Origin: a virus
Lineage: Duplodnaviria > Caudoviricetes
Direction: 5' to 3' (one strand)
DNA length: 64,000 nt
IMG/VR virus record: IMGVR_UViG_3300032302_000065
Shown piece by piece: positions 30,143-39,031 of the stretch. The notes beneath the pieces were generated by a model that made no database searches, had not been told where the DNA came from, and saw only the letters and a list, made by a program, of their open reading frames with translations. Made by a program: the position numbers and the translations under genes. Position 1 is the stretch's first letter; each line of letters begins with the position of its first letter.

Positions 30143-30297
30143 TCTGACATTCTCGCAATTAAATTTTGTAAAACAGGTTCTATTTCAAAAACGGGAACGC
30201 TTGACATATACTGAACATAATTAATAACGTCAGTACCAGTCAAGCCTAAGTCCCATGCTTCAAGGATGTAACGTTCTATTAAGTCACGATCATCCAT
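30139..30297 (-). CDS. Hypothetical protein
   Basis: GGAG RBS before MDDRD. Confidence 0.55.
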   Translation of the reverse strand: MDDRDLIERYILEAWDLGLTGTDVINYVQYMSSVPVFEIEPVLQNLIARMSE

Positions 30298-30313
30298 ATC
30301 ACTCCAATCATTA

Positions 30314-30787
30314 TCATGTTCGAATATATGCTTCAGCGAATGCACGGTCTTCGTAATCCGCAACGTCTGTATCAATCTCATCAAGCAGATTAACAGGTTT
30401 CTTTGCAGAAGACTTTGCCATTGCATTCATAATTCCATCAAGGGAATCACCAGCAGGAACAGGCGTAGGAGTAACTTTCTTTGCTTTTGCAACAACAGGC
30501 TTAGCCGCTTTGACAACAGGTGCTTTAGCAGGTTTAACAGCCTTCACTTTAGCAGGCTTTGCAACAGGTGCAGTACCAGCGCCAACGAGTTCATAACTCA
30601 CAACTGTGCGACCATCACGATTGGCACGAACAGCAAAGCCCGTGTTTTTCTTGATTTCCCACAAGTAAGTGGAGAGGCGAGTGGCAACGATACCATCAAT
30701 TGCACGAATGGTGCTAACCGGAACGGGAGCCTTAGCGTTTTGCAAAACTTCAAAAATCTTTGTGTATTGTTGAACAGATTTAGTCAT
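30314..30787 (-). CDS. Putative DNA-binding protein (HTH-like N-terminus, AKP-rich linker)
   Basis: Lys/Ala/Pro repeats, acidic tail; own promoter. Confidence 0.5.
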   Translation of the reverse strand: MTKSVQQYTKIFEVLQNAKAPVPVSTIRAIDGIVATRLSTYLWEIKKNTGFAVRANRDGRTVVSYELVGAGTAPVAKPAKVKAVKPAKAPVVKAAKPVVAKAKKVTPTPVPAGDSLDGIMNAMAKSSAKKPVNLLDEIDTDVADYEDRAFAEAYIRT

Positions 30788-30823
30788 AATAAATTTCCTT
30801 AAAAAGAGTTAACTAAGAGATAC

Positions 30824-30852
30824 ATGGTAACACACCATGTGGTGTTTGTCAA
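30824..30852 (-). promoter_or_regulatory. Early sigma70-like promoter
   Basis: TTGACA-17-TACCAT. Confidence 0.7.
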
Positions 30853-31268
30853 GCGGTAACAACAAAAGGTTTGTCCCACTTGCCAACATTGATATGAGCA
30901 TAGTAAGCGGTGTCGAAATAATCCGTTTGTGCATCACTATTGTCATAATAATCACCAGAATACATTGCAGTAACGATTTTGGTCATTAGTTCTTTTGCCT
31001 TACCAGAATAGTGGTTCTGATAATGGTAGGGATTCACTTGGTCATAGCCAGTGTCATTGGGGCGGAAGCCACGGGATACTTGATAGAAGTCAGCGGCACA
31101 AGTTTCGTTAGAGTTAGCAATAAAATCAACAGGCGCAGATTTGATCGTGCATGTGATAGAGAGATTATCGCAACGCAAGGAATACTTAACGCCAGTGCCT
31201 TTAAGTGCGGCATCAAGGTTTGCTTTGATCTTCGCTTTGCGTTCTTGGTTCATATAAGCCATGTTCAA
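30849..31268 (-). CDS. Hypothetical early protein
   Basis: Phage-like DNSD.QTDYF..AYY. Confidence 0.65.
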   Translation of the reverse strand: MNMAYMNQERKAKIKANLDAALKGTGVKYSLRCDNLSITCTIKSAPVDFIANSNETCAADFYQVSRGFRPNDTGYDQVNPYHYQNHYSGKAKELMTKIVTAMYSGDYYDNSDAQTDYFDTAYYAHINVGKWDKPFVVTA

Positions 31269-31462
31269 TTCACTCCATAATAAAAAGCATCAAGATCATA
31301 CGAATGAGATTCATACATCATCATATCGTGGTAAGCATTCATTGTATCAAGGAATGCTTGGTAAGTCAAGTCAATTTCCTCTTGTTGTTGGGTTAATGCA
31401 ACAACTTGAAGTTCAGCATTGATTAGGGCAATTACTTTAGAGTCCAATTCAAAGAGATTCAT
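31265..31462 (-). CDS. Hypothetical early protein
   Basis: First ORF after the promoter, TAAGGA RBS. Confidence 0.6.
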   Translation of the reverse strand: MNLFELDSKVIALINAELQVVALTQQQEEIDLTYQAFLDTMNAYHDMMMYESHSYDLDAFYYGVN

Positions 31463-31500
31463 AATTTAAAGTCCTTAATATCTTCACAACCAACACCCTC

Positions 31501-31562
31501 AGTATACCGCAAGTTCCATCGAATGTCAAGCACTTTTTCGGCAATGTTGCATAAAAACAACA
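31501..31562 (-). promoter_or_regulatory. Early promoter plus upstream TGTTG-N8-CAACA palindrome
   Basis: TTGACA-17-TATACT; palindrome at 31545-31562. Confidence 0.85.
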
Positions 31563-31570
31563 CAGATTTA

Positions 31571-31656
31571 GGCGGTTTTGAGCCGTTTTTTGCTATAGTT
31601 TGATGCTAGAGTACGTCCAAGCCGTCAGAGCCGCCCAAACGGCGGTCTAGGGCGTC
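31571..31656. repeat. 86-bp phased GC-rich element, copy A
   Basis: Aligns without gaps to 34902-34987 and 47292-47377. Confidence 0.75.
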
Positions 31657-31923
31657 AATATCAGCGCCTAAACGGCGGTGAAAAGAGTCCTCCCCGTCAT
31701 CCCCCGAAACCAGCCAGTCGATCCTCTGCACATAAATTTGTGCTAATAAAAGTGTCATATGAGCCAGTTTAAATTTTTCAATAGTTTCTGGCGAATAACC
31801 ATAACCTTTTATGTCTCCGTATTCGTTCACTTCCTCAGAATCATTGTCTAGAATAAGTTGTTCGATTTCATCCGCAATATATTCTAGTTGATATTGTTTG
31901 TATTGAAAATGTCCACCACTCAT
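31606..31923 (-). CDS. Hypothetical protein
   Basis: MSGGHF.Y...IDWLVSGDDGEDSF..RL. Confidence 0.65.
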   Translation of the reverse strand: MSGGHFQYKQYQLEYIADEIEQLILDNDSEEVNEYGDIKGYGYSPETIEKFKLAHMTLLLAQIYVQRIDWLVSGDDGEDSFHRRLGADIDALDRRLGGSDGLDVL

Positions 31924-32047
31924 AATTATCTTCCTGTAATAAATCCCACAACAAAACCAAACGTTCGAATACACCAAACCTTGAAACGGAATCTTTTGTT
32001 TATACCATTTCGTTTGGACTCATCGTATCGATTACGCAATATTGGAT

Positions 32048-32251
32048 TCACACGGTTCCTCCGTAGTAAGAAATCAGCAATTCTAAAGCGGCAATGAGTT
32101 TAATGTTGTTTGTAACATCTTCTGGATGCAACCATTTTCCGTCTTCATAATCTTCAAGTTCTTTTCGCAAATATTTTAATTGTGATTGCAGGTCCAACAG
32201 AGTAATTCTGTCGGCGGTTTCGTAATCAATTTCTAGTCCTGTACTCATCAT
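32048..32251 (-). CDS. Hypothetical protein
   Basis: ORF track, operon context. Confidence 0.55.
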   Translation of the reverse strand: MMSTGLEIDYETADRITLLDLQSQLKYLRKELEDYEDGKWLHPEDVTNNIKLIAALELLISYYGGTV

Positions 32252-32455
32252 TCAACTCCGAAAGGTTTTAGCAATTTTATCTGCACAGTAATGTCCATCT
32301 TTACCATTGTCGCCCATTTCTTCGCATATGTTTAGGCATTCTTGGATAATCAACTCGGCGAACTTTTCTTCACGGTCCCAATGAAAAATATCGCTGATTT
32401 TGAATGCTGGAATACCCCAAGCCTCTGTAATAAGTTCTTTAATTCGTTCGTTCAT
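32252..32455 (-). CDS. Hypothetical protein (MNERIKEL..EKFAELII.EC type)
   Basis: Recurrent small phage protein motif. Confidence 0.6.
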   Translation of the reverse strand: MNERIKELITEAWGIPAFKISDIFHWDREEKFAELIIQECLNICEEMGDNGKDGHYCADKIAKTFRS

Positions 32456-32685
32456 GCGAATTCCTCAATGTCAAATTTAGTCATAACGATTTGACCCTTC
32501 ACTTTCTTCGGATAAAATTCTGGTGCAGTCATTGTCTCTGCAACAAGAATTTTACCAAGTGCGATCCATTCAACAAGTGGCATTGAAATGTCAGTATATG
32601 CTTCAAGATATTCTTGGCATTCAGCAAACGTTTCAAATTGTTTTGCGTCTAGTGTATTAGTCAGTTTTGGTTTTGCGAGTAACAT
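32452..32685 (-). CDS. Hypothetical protein
   Basis: ORF track, RBS. Confidence 0.55.
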   Translation of the reverse strand: MLLAKPKLTNTLDAKQFETFAECQEYLEAYTDISMPLVEWIALGKILVAETMTAPEFYPKKVKGQIVMTKFDIEEFA

Positions 32686-32688
32686 AAT

Positions 32689-32910
32689 TTATTCCTTATA
32701 AACAAGTGAGGAGGTACCATCGTAACGTGAAATGTCTTCGTTCCATGAAGGTGGTTGTCCGCATTCAAAATGCGCTACATCACGACCTTCAATGTCTTCT
32801 TCAACATCTAGAATATCAACTTCATCGGTATAATGCCAATCATGGCACCATTCGCAATAGACTTTGAATCTATCTTGTGCCATTTGGCGTTTGCTTTTAA
32901 AACCTGTCAT
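32689..32910 (-). CDS. Hypothetical protein with CxxC
   Basis: CEWC; GGAG RBS. Confidence 0.55.
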   Translation of the reverse strand: MTGFKSKRQMAQDRFKVYCEWCHDWHYTDEVDILDVEEDIEGRDVAHFECGQPPSWNEDISRYDGTSSLVYKE

Positions 32911-32912
32911 GT

Positions 32913-33347
32913 TCACTCCGCAGAAACTGGGTCTAAACAAAATTGTGCAAACTCTTCCCATGTACCTTCGAACAATGGTTCTTGGTCATATGGACTTTCA
33001 CCATATGGAAAATCGTGATACACAATCACTTTGTTTTCGTATACGTGATATTCATAATCTTGGCTGTAGTCACGACCAAGCACAGGTGCGTAGATATAAA
33101 TTCCACCAACACCATGTTTTAATTGAACAACCAATTGTGCGGCAAGGCAACCCATGCCATTTGCTTGTGCAGAATTTTTATCGCTATACCCATTGACTAG
33201 GGTTTTAGAATTTAAAAACTGAGCCAGTTCATGGCCATGCCCTGAAGGATAGCCATCGAATTGCCGATAGATGCACATGATTGGTTCGTTAGTTCCGTCA
33301 TCGGAATTGGAACCATCATACACAAAAGTTAAAGACCGAGTACCCAT
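32913..33347 (-). CDS. Hypothetical phage protein
   Basis: MGTRS..Y.QFDGYP.GHG, NGMGCLAAQL. Confidence 0.65.
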   Translation of the reverse strand: MGTRSLTFVYDGSNSDDGTNEPIMCIYRQFDGYPSGHGHELAQFLNSKTLVNGYSDKNSAQANGMGCLAAQLVVQLKHGVGGIYIYAPVLGRDYSQDYEYHVYENKVIVYHDFPYGESPYDQEPLFEGTWEEFAQFCLDPVSAE

Positions 33348-33535
33348 TACATATTCTCCTTTGCCATATCATAGCCATTCATAAAATCAGCATCGGAAAA
33401 CAACAAGTCATTCCAACGCTTCTCAACAATTTTCTCAACCCATTCAACTGGACAACCAACCTGCTCTGCAATTTCTTCGCAAAGCATAACTGTGGTGTCT
33501 AGTATCTCATTAATTTGAATTTCAATTTCGCTCAT
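33347..33535 (-). CDS. Small HTH-like protein
   Basis: EEIAEQVGCPVEWVE. Confidence 0.5.
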   Translation of the reverse strand: MSEIEIQINEILDTTVMLCEEIAEQVGCPVEWVEKIVEKRWNDLLFSDADFMNGYDMAKENM

Positions 33536-33699
33536 TGTGCATTCTCACGCATAGCGGAAACACCAGTAAACATGATAGCAAGACCAGTTACCGCAACAAT
33601 CATTTGAACCAGCAAATCGGCATCAGGATTCACTTCGATAGTACCAACGGCACCAAAGACAATCAAAAAACCAACAAGCATTCGAATAGAACCACGCAT
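33532..33699 (-). CDS. 55-aa two-TM membrane protein (not in the ORF track)
   Basis: MRGSIRMLVGFLIVFGAVG...; GGAG RBS; first gene after the promoter. Confidence 0.6.
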   Translation of the reverse strand: MRGSIRMLVGFLIVFGAVGTIEVNPDADLLVQMIVAVTGLAIMFTGVSAMRENAQ

Positions 33700-33728
33700 T
33701 TTAATCTCCAATCAACTGAACAAATTCT

Positions 33729-33789
33729 AGTATAACACAATAGGAGGGAATGTCAACAAGTTTTTTCACTCTGTTGTTTTTTTGCAACA
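33729..33789 (-). promoter_or_regulatory. Early promoter plus TGTTG-N8-CAACA palindrome
   Basis: TTGACA-16-TATACT; palindrome at 33772-33789. Confidence 0.8.
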
Positions 33790-34013
33790 CCATAAATTTG
33801 CCACAATTTTTCTTCACCGTCATAGTCATGTGCATAGACAAAAAGTTTCTGCCCATAAACGGTGATATATCCCCAATTATCATAAATATTATCTGGATCT
33901 GGTTCTACAGTAACGCTCCGCACAATTTCACAATAACCATTTCGCCATGTAGGCAATTTCTGTTTAAAATACTTATCATTTTCTTGTTGAATGATATAGA
34001 TTTTAGATTTCAT
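33753..34013 (-). CDS. Hypothetical protein
   Basis: ORF track. Confidence 0.5.
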   Translation of the reverse strand: MKSKIYIIQQENDKYFKQKLPTWRNGYCEIVRSVTVEPDPDNIYDNWGYITVYGQKLFVYAHDYDGEEKLWQIYGVAKKQQSEKTC

Positions 34014-34014
34014 T

Positions 34015-34764
34015 TTAAGCCGCCATCAACATAAGAGTAGGATATTTCACAAAACCGCTGGTATCTTTTTTAGCCTTGCCTTTAGCATACAAGCCAACAA
34101 TCACACCTTTGGGATCAAGGAAACGCAGGTCGGATTCGTCACCATTGAAAACTGGCAAGCCCATATAAGTCTCAGGCATTGGCAAAGTTTTCTTGATACC
34201 GAACACGGTAGCAACATTATAACCTTGTTGAATTGCTTTTGCAACATCGGCATCATTGCCGTCAGCGGCAGAGAATGTCAGGTGGTAGTTAACGATATCA
34301 ACAATTTTACGACCAAGAATCTTGGTGTAATCATAGAATTGGACTTCAGGAAAAGCGGTGAAAATATTACGAAAGAATTTTCCGTTACGTACAACCTCAT
34401 ACTTTTCAAACGCAAGGTCGGAAGTACCATTCAGACGGAAAACAGGAATCAGGTTCATCCGTTTGCTTTGTTTGATAGCCAATTCAATATCAGCAACAAG
34501 CAAAGTCATAAAATAGTTACGGGTTTCGAAAAACATTTTGGTTTTGCGAATACGTGCCTGTTGGATAACGTTAGTGGTTTCGCCACGCTTAAACATACCA
34601 CCACGACCAGCGGTGTTTAGGCAAGCGGCAGTACAACCAGCAGTACGCTTGGCGCAGGTTTCATAACCGCTCAAGTTGGCAGGCGCAAGGTGCAGAATGT
34701 AAGTATTGTAACCTTGGGACATTCCTTTCAGAACCTTGGGATTTCCAGTAGAGAGCAGTTTCAT
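34015..34764 (-). CDS. GP88-family (radical-SAM-like Cys cluster) protein
   Basis: C.....GC...CLN.AGRG, RLNGTSD, FYDYTK, YHLTFS, GD.SDLRF.D. Confidence 0.75.
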   Translation of the reverse strand: MKLLSTGNPKVLKGMSQGYNTYILHLAPANLSGYETCAKRTAGCTAACLNTAGRGGMFKRGETTNVIQQARIRKTKMFFETRNYFMTLLVADIELAIKQSKRMNLIPVFRLNGTSDLAFEKYEVVRNGKFFRNIFTAFPEVQFYDYTKILGRKIVDIVNYHLTFSAADGNDADVAKAIQQGYNVATVFGIKKTLPMPETYMGLPVFNGDESDLRFLDPKGVIVGLYAKGKAKKDTSGFVKYPTLMLMAA

Positions 34765-34797
34765 AAATTTCCTTTGTTTTCTCAATCAACAAAGTCT

Positions 34798-34884
34798 ATT
34801 CTACAGGTCCTACCGAGGAAGTCAACAACTATTTTCAGTTTTGTGGGGTTTCTACAACACCCCAAATGTTGTAAAAAAACAACA
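34798..34884 (-). promoter_or_regulatory. Early promoter plus two TGT(T/G)G-N8-CAACA palindromes
   Basis: TTGACT-16-TAGAAT; palindromes at 34842-34859 and 34867-34884. Confidence 0.8.
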
Positions 34885-34901
34885 AAAAACCGCCTGATTA
34901 G

Positions 34902-34987
34902 GGCGGTTTTAGGCGGCTTTTGCCGTTTGGGAGGGGTAGGAGTACAGTCTAGGTCGGAAAGTCGCCCTATCGGCGGTTTAAGGGGTC
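34902..34987. repeat. 86-bp phased GC-rich element, copy B
   Basis: GGCGGTTTT(+0), AGTAC(+39), CGGCGGT(+69); also hairpin AAAACCGCC/GGCGGTTTT. Confidence 0.75.
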
Positions 34988-35457
34988 GCTGTATGCCAGT
35001 TTTTCATTGCTTTTTCTAGTTCCTTGAATGCCTCATCTTCCTCCTTAGAATATGACGGAATTGTGACAGTATTATTACTAGAATCTGATGATGTTAATGT
35101 GATACAAATATTATCAAGATTACTAAGATTAAATGCGGGAACAGTAACTGTTTGCATTGTATTTTCTGGTAATACTACTGGTTCTGGTTCTTCTTCAAAT
35201 TCTTCCTGTTCTTCTTCGAATTCTTCCTCTTGTGGAAAACTTTCATCACGAACTGCATCAAATACAGTTTGAAATTTTTCATACAATGTAGAATCGATAT
35301 CGTCAATCATACCTTCCATTGTGTAGATTGCAGATTGCAATACTTTAATGTCCACATAATTTTCTGTGCCAGCAACAAGAAGTTTAAAGAGATTTTTAAA
35401 TTCTCCAACTCGGATGATTGCTGTTTCTAAATCATTTAATTCGCCCCAATGTTTCAT
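34978..35457 (-). CDS. Hypothetical acidic protein
   Basis: ORF track. Confidence 0.55.
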   Translation of the reverse strand: MKHWGELNDLETAIIRVGEFKNLFKLLVAGTENYVDIKVLQSAIYTMEGMIDDIDSTLYEKFQTVFDAVRDESFPQEEEFEEEQEEFEEEPEPVVLPENTMQTVTVPAFNLSNLDNICITLTSSDSSNNTVTIPSYSKEEDEAFKELEKAMKNWHTATP

Positions 35458-35645
35458 ATTGACTCCATATGTTTAATTTGTTGATTGTTTTGTCGTGGTT
35501 GTTGTTCACGAACAGACTCTTTGATAGTGTTTTGAAATTTACTAACACTACTATCTATAAGCATAGCAACTCCAGAAGTTCCTGCTGTCGCTAAAAAAAT
35601 TCCAAATGCAATTCCACTTAAAAATTTAATCATGCTATATTCCAA
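35454..35645 (-). CDS. Small membrane/secreted protein
   Basis: Hydrophobic N-terminus. Confidence 0.5.
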   Translation of the reverse strand: MEYSMIKFLSGIAFGIFLATAGTSGVAMLIDSSVSKFQNTIKESVREQQPRQNNQQIKHMESI

Positions 35646-35956
35646 TTTATTTCATCACGAATCTCTACTGATTCAGAACCATCATATTCGTGAATGCGAA
35701 AAGCTGTACCGACAGGCAACCATTCGATTGTTAAATCGTCTGCACCACCACAGTATGTGTGTGGATGTACAGACTTAACATATGTTTCGATATCTTCTAT
35801 TGAATCTTTATTCTCAACCATATCAACTAGTGTCGGATCAAAGAGCATAAAGTCACGATTATCTTCGTCACCAGTATATGCCCATGTCGACCAACCAGCA
35901 CCAAATCCTGGAGATACTAGTACTGCAACTTTCCCATCACGAATAACTTTATTCAT
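35630..35956 (-). CDS. Hypothetical phage protein
   Basis: VAVLVSPGFGAGWSTW, F.I.EYDGSE. Confidence 0.7.
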   Translation of the reverse strand: MNKVIRDGKVAVLVSPGFGAGWSTWAYTGDEDNRDFMLFDPTLVDMVENKDSIEDIETYVKSVHPHTYCGGADDLTIEWLPVGTAFRIHEYDGSESVEIRDEINWNIA

Positions 35957-36567
35957 TAGTCCACCTTCATTGTATTCAATTCGCTAATCTTTTGTTCTTC
36001 AATCTTACCAGTTTCTTTGTCTAACTCACGGAAAGATTTAGATGCACGTAGTTGTGCGTAGAGTGCGGCATTACGTTGTACTTCAGCAAGCATAATTTTG
36101 TTTGATTCATCAGCAGAGAAACGTAGTCGAACAAATGCACGGAAACCACTACCTTCTTTCACAACAATAAAGTTTGTGCGTTGAACACCAACTAGATTTA
36201 CTTTAGCAACAATCAATCGTGTAGTACGTTCAATATCTGCGTTAGCAACACCTTTACCTAGAATGCCAGACTCAACTGCAAAGTCTTTCATCATAGCACT
36301 AGTGTATGAAGAATAGTTAGATGCAAGTTCACGTTTAGCGGATAGCATCGCCTTGTCTACTGCAAATTGAAAATCATTTGAGTATTCGGTACCAACACCA
36401 TAGATAGACGAATCATCTTTCTTTGGCGCATCCGCATACCATTTAGGATAGTCAACTTCATTGCTGAAAGTTTTAGTTTCACTTACACTAGGCCCATCTT
36501 TGATAGTGCTACATGCAGTCAAAGAAACTACGATTGGTAGCACGATATAGCATAAAAGTTTATCCAT
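35956..36567 (-). CDS. LPP20-like lipoprotein
   Basis: Lipobox LTAC; P.WY, GVG, A..KA...AK.ELA. Confidence 0.7.
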   Translation of the reverse strand: MDKLLCYIVLPIVVSLTACSTIKDGPSVSETKTFSNEVDYPKWYADAPKKDDSSIYGVGTEYSNDFQFAVDKAMLSAKRELASNYSSYTSAMMKDFAVESGILGKGVANADIERTTRLIVAKVNLVGVQRTNFIVVKEGSGFRAFVRLRFSADESNKIMLAEVQRNAALYAQLRASKSFRELDKETGKIEEQKISELNTMKVD

Positions 36568-36569
36568 GA

Positions 36570-36698
36570 TTATTTTCCCACATTCTTAATGTATTGACCT
36601 GCTTGATTCAAGTCTTGTCCAGCGCCTTGCATTGCGCCACCCACAGTACCACAGCCCGTTAGAACCGCAAGTACACCCATAATAAAAAACAACTTCAT
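36570..36698 (-). CDS. Entericidin-like lipoprotein (42 aa; not in the ORF track)
   Basis: MKLFFIMGVLAVLTGCGTVGGAMQGAGQDLNQAGQYIKNVGK; lipobox LTGC and T..G.G.D pattern. Confidence 0.7.
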   Translation of the reverse strand: MKLFFIMGVLAVLTGCGTVGGAMQGAGQDLNQAGQYIKNVGK

Positions 36699-36699
36699 T

Positions 36700-37422
36700 T
36701 TACTGCCTCTCAATACTTACATGATGATTAATAACTTTTCTGCTAGAGAACGGAATGTCCTTTACCAGCGCCTCAAACTCCATTGTACTGTACCTAGGTT
36801 TGAAAGTCAAATTCTTATCGGTAAATAAAAACACCAGCAGTTCATTAGAATGACTTTTGCCATTTGGCAATTCAGCTTGCAGTTTATAATTAGCAGATGG
36901 AATTTGAATTTGTTTGTTAGTCTCCAGTACTTTGTCAGTATAGACCATTTGGTACTCTTTGTCAACTAGATTAAAAATGCCAACGGTACCGGCAATCCCA
37001 GAGACGGCTTGGAAAACAAATCGTTCGCCAACCTTCAATTGATTTTTGCCCTCAACATGAAACTTCATAGTATTGGTAATCTTCTCTACGTTCGCAACAA
37101 TGTCAACTTCACAAACTTGTCGATTCCTATCGGGATAAACTTGTTTGTCTTTTTTGATGATTGTTTTAATCTCACCACTTACTTCAGTATAAAGAGTAGA
37201 AAGCACGGTACACTTTTCATCTTTACAATTTTCGTTTTGTGCGGCTTCGATTAATTCACCAACAAAATTTGCAATTGCATTTTGCTTTGCTTTTTCTTCA
37301 GCAAGTCTACATGCAACATTCTCAGCAGTATCAGGACCAAATGAATACTCACCAGTACCTGATACACGTTCAGCGTGTGCAATACTTGCACAAAGCAAAG
37401 TCATAACAAATAGTTTACGCAA
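36700..37422 (-). CDS. Secreted/periplasmic protein (FlgT N-terminus/LPP20-like)
   Basis: Signal peptide AHA; AC..AE..AK.NA. Confidence 0.5.
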   Translation of the reverse strand: MRKLFVMTLLCASIAHAERVSGTGEYSFGPDTAENVACRLAEEKAKQNAIANFVGELIEAAQNENCKDEKCTVLSTLYTEVSGEIKTIIKKDKQVYPDRNRQVCEVDIVANVEKITNTMKFHVEGKNQLKVGERFVFQAVSGIAGTVGIFNLVDKEYQMVYTDKVLETNKQIQIPSANYKLQAELPNGKSHSNELLVFLFTDKNLTFKPRYSTMEFEALVKDIPFSSRKVINHHVSIERQ

Positions 37423-37939
37423 CTTTCAATCCTTTCAGTCTGTCTGCCGCATACGATGCCGCAAACGCATTTGGTTTAACCATCGGAACAACATTACATG
37501 TTCCTTTGATGTATCCAATTGCTTCATTAATCACACAATAACTTCCATGTATCTCATTCGGATTGATATCCAAATGAACTTCTACATCACGACCTTCAAG
37601 TACATCTGCAAGTTTGATATACAATTCAGAAAGTTTATACACTTCATTCATCAAACGATATCTTGGACGATTAACTTTTTGGTCATAGTCACGTTCACGC
37701 TGTACTTCACCAAACAATTTGCATCCATTATTTCCGTTGATATGAACTACGATAGCAAGAATGTAATCTGCGTACCACAACCCACCTATGTTAAATCTTT
37801 CAGAATCACAACCAATATAGATTTTAGTATCGGGCGTTTGATCTTCTATGAATTGCCGCACCTCTTCTAAATCTAATTTTCGCACAACGTAACTCCTTAA
37901 TAAAAAACTTGGTGGGCAGAGAGAGAATTGAACTCCCAC
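37415..37939 (-). CDS. RNase H-like YkuK family protein (true start probably near 37885)
   Basis: IYIGCDS, RL..EV, EVHLDIN, KP.AFAAS.AAD. Confidence 0.8.
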   Translation of the reverse strand: MGVQFSLCPPSFLLRSYVVRKLDLEEVRQFIEDQTPDTKIYIGCDSERFNIGGLWYADYILAIVVHINGNNGCKLFGEVQRERDYDQKVNRPRYRLMNEVYKLSELYIKLADVLEGRDVEVHLDINPNEIHGSYCVINEAIGYIKGTCNVVPMVKPNAFAASYAADRLKGLKVA

Positions 37940-37984
37940 TCAAGCGATTATGAGTCGCCTGCTTTACCATTAAGCTACCTGCCC
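37910..37984 (-). tRNA. tRNA-Ile2 (CAT, lysidine type)
   Basis: GGCGA-CTCATAA-TCGCT arm resembling ileX; CCA encoded. Confidence 0.8.
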
Positions 37985-37988
37985 ATAT

Positions 37989-38071
37989 TGGTACGAGTGG
38001 AGGGACTTGAACCCTCAATCCGAAGCGGCAGATTTTAAGTCTGCTGTGTATACCAATTCCACCACACTCGC
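37989..38071 (-). tRNA. tRNA-Leu(TAA)
   Basis: Cloverleaf, long variable arm, CCA. Confidence 0.95.
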
Positions 38072-38076
38072 ATAAC

Positions 38077-38153
38077 TGGCCTGCCCTGAGAGATTCGAAC
38101 TCCCGACATGCGGTGTAGAAGACCGCTGTTCTATCCAACTGAACTAAGGGCAG
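38077..38153 (-). tRNA. tRNA-Arg(TCT)
   Basis: GCGGT-CTTCTAC-ACCGC. Confidence 0.95.
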
Positions 38154-38174
38154 TTATTTAACTAATATACATGT

Positions 38175-38203
38175 AGTATAGTTGATATTGATTGTAATGT
38201 CAA
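38175..38203 (-). promoter_or_regulatory. Internal sigma70-like promoter for the last tRNAs
   Basis: TTGACA-17-TATACT. Confidence 0.75.
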
Positions 38204-38204
38204 G

Positions 38205-38280
38205 TGGAGCGGGAGGCGGGATTCGAACCCGTCTATTTCAGTTTGGAAGACTAACGTGTAACCGTAAACACTTCACCCGC
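38205..38280 (-). tRNA. tRNA-Gly(TCC)
   Basis: TTAGT-CTTCCAA-ACTGA. Confidence 0.93.
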
Positions 38281-38288
38281 TTATTTTT

Positions 38289-38362
38289 TGGCATCCCCTG
38301 AGAGATTTGAACTCCCACCAACGGTTTTGGAGACCGGTATGCTGCCGTTACACTAAGGAGAT
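38289..38362 (-). tRNA. tRNA-Trp(CCA)
   Basis: CGGT-CTCCAAA-ACCG. Confidence 0.93.
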
Positions 38363-38371
38363 ATTATTTTT

Positions 38372-39031
38372 TTATTTAACAACTTCACAATTAAATGCTA
38401 AGATAATTCTATCTTCATCATCTTTATGTTCCGAACTTTCGTGATATATTAATGGTGGAAATAAAATTAAATCTCCATCATTTGCTGGAATCTTTACCGC
38501 TGGTATTGTATATTTTGTTAAAGCCAGTACTTCTTTGTATCGTGCGAAATATGAAGAATCTCTTCCTTGATTTCGACTTTTTCTCGGAAGTAAATCGATA
38601 AATGGATTTGGATTGTGCAAAATTGTTTCACCCCCATTTCCTTTTTTAATATAAAGAACTCCAGAAACTACGGCAGGATGTGCATGTATATGTTTTTGTG
38701 TTTTAGCACCACGCTTTTGTTTTGTGATCCATGAACGCCCAAATACACATCCTGGAATACCATAATATAATACATAAGAATCTACTGCACGTTGTAAATC
38801 TTTTTTTATATTGACACATGATGGAATTTGTGCTTCTATCATATCTAATGCATTTTCTTTATTCCAAAATGTTGTTTCGGCATTATCGGGACTACCAAAC
38901 AGACCATGATGATATTTTTGTGACTCGGACAAATTTTCTACAAATTCAATTATGTCATCAATTTGTTCTTTTGTCAATGCTTGTCCGGTAAAAACTGGAA
39001 TAGAAAATAAATCGTGAGACTTTAATTTCAT
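38372..39031 (-). CDS. Putative 2OG-Fe(II) oxygenase (TIGR02466-like)
   Basis: SW, HIH, SGVLYI, GDLILFP..IYH, R..LAFN. Confidence 0.85.
   Translation of the reverse strand: MKLKSHDLFSIPVFTGQALTKEQIDDIIEFVENLSESQKYHHGLFGSPDNAETTFWNKENALDMIEAQIPSCVNIKKDLQRAVDSYVLYYGIPGCVFGRSWITKQKRGAKTQKHIHAHPAVVSGVLYIKKGNGGETILHNPNPFIDLLPRKSRNQGRDSSYFARYKEVLALTKYTIPAVKIPANDGDLILFPPLIYHESSEHKDDEDRIILAFNCEVVK

Noticed and set aside
31545-31562. TGTTG-N8-CAACA as a LexA/SOS box
   Set aside because: It does not match CTGT-N8-ACAG and lies upstream of -35 rather than overlapping the promoter
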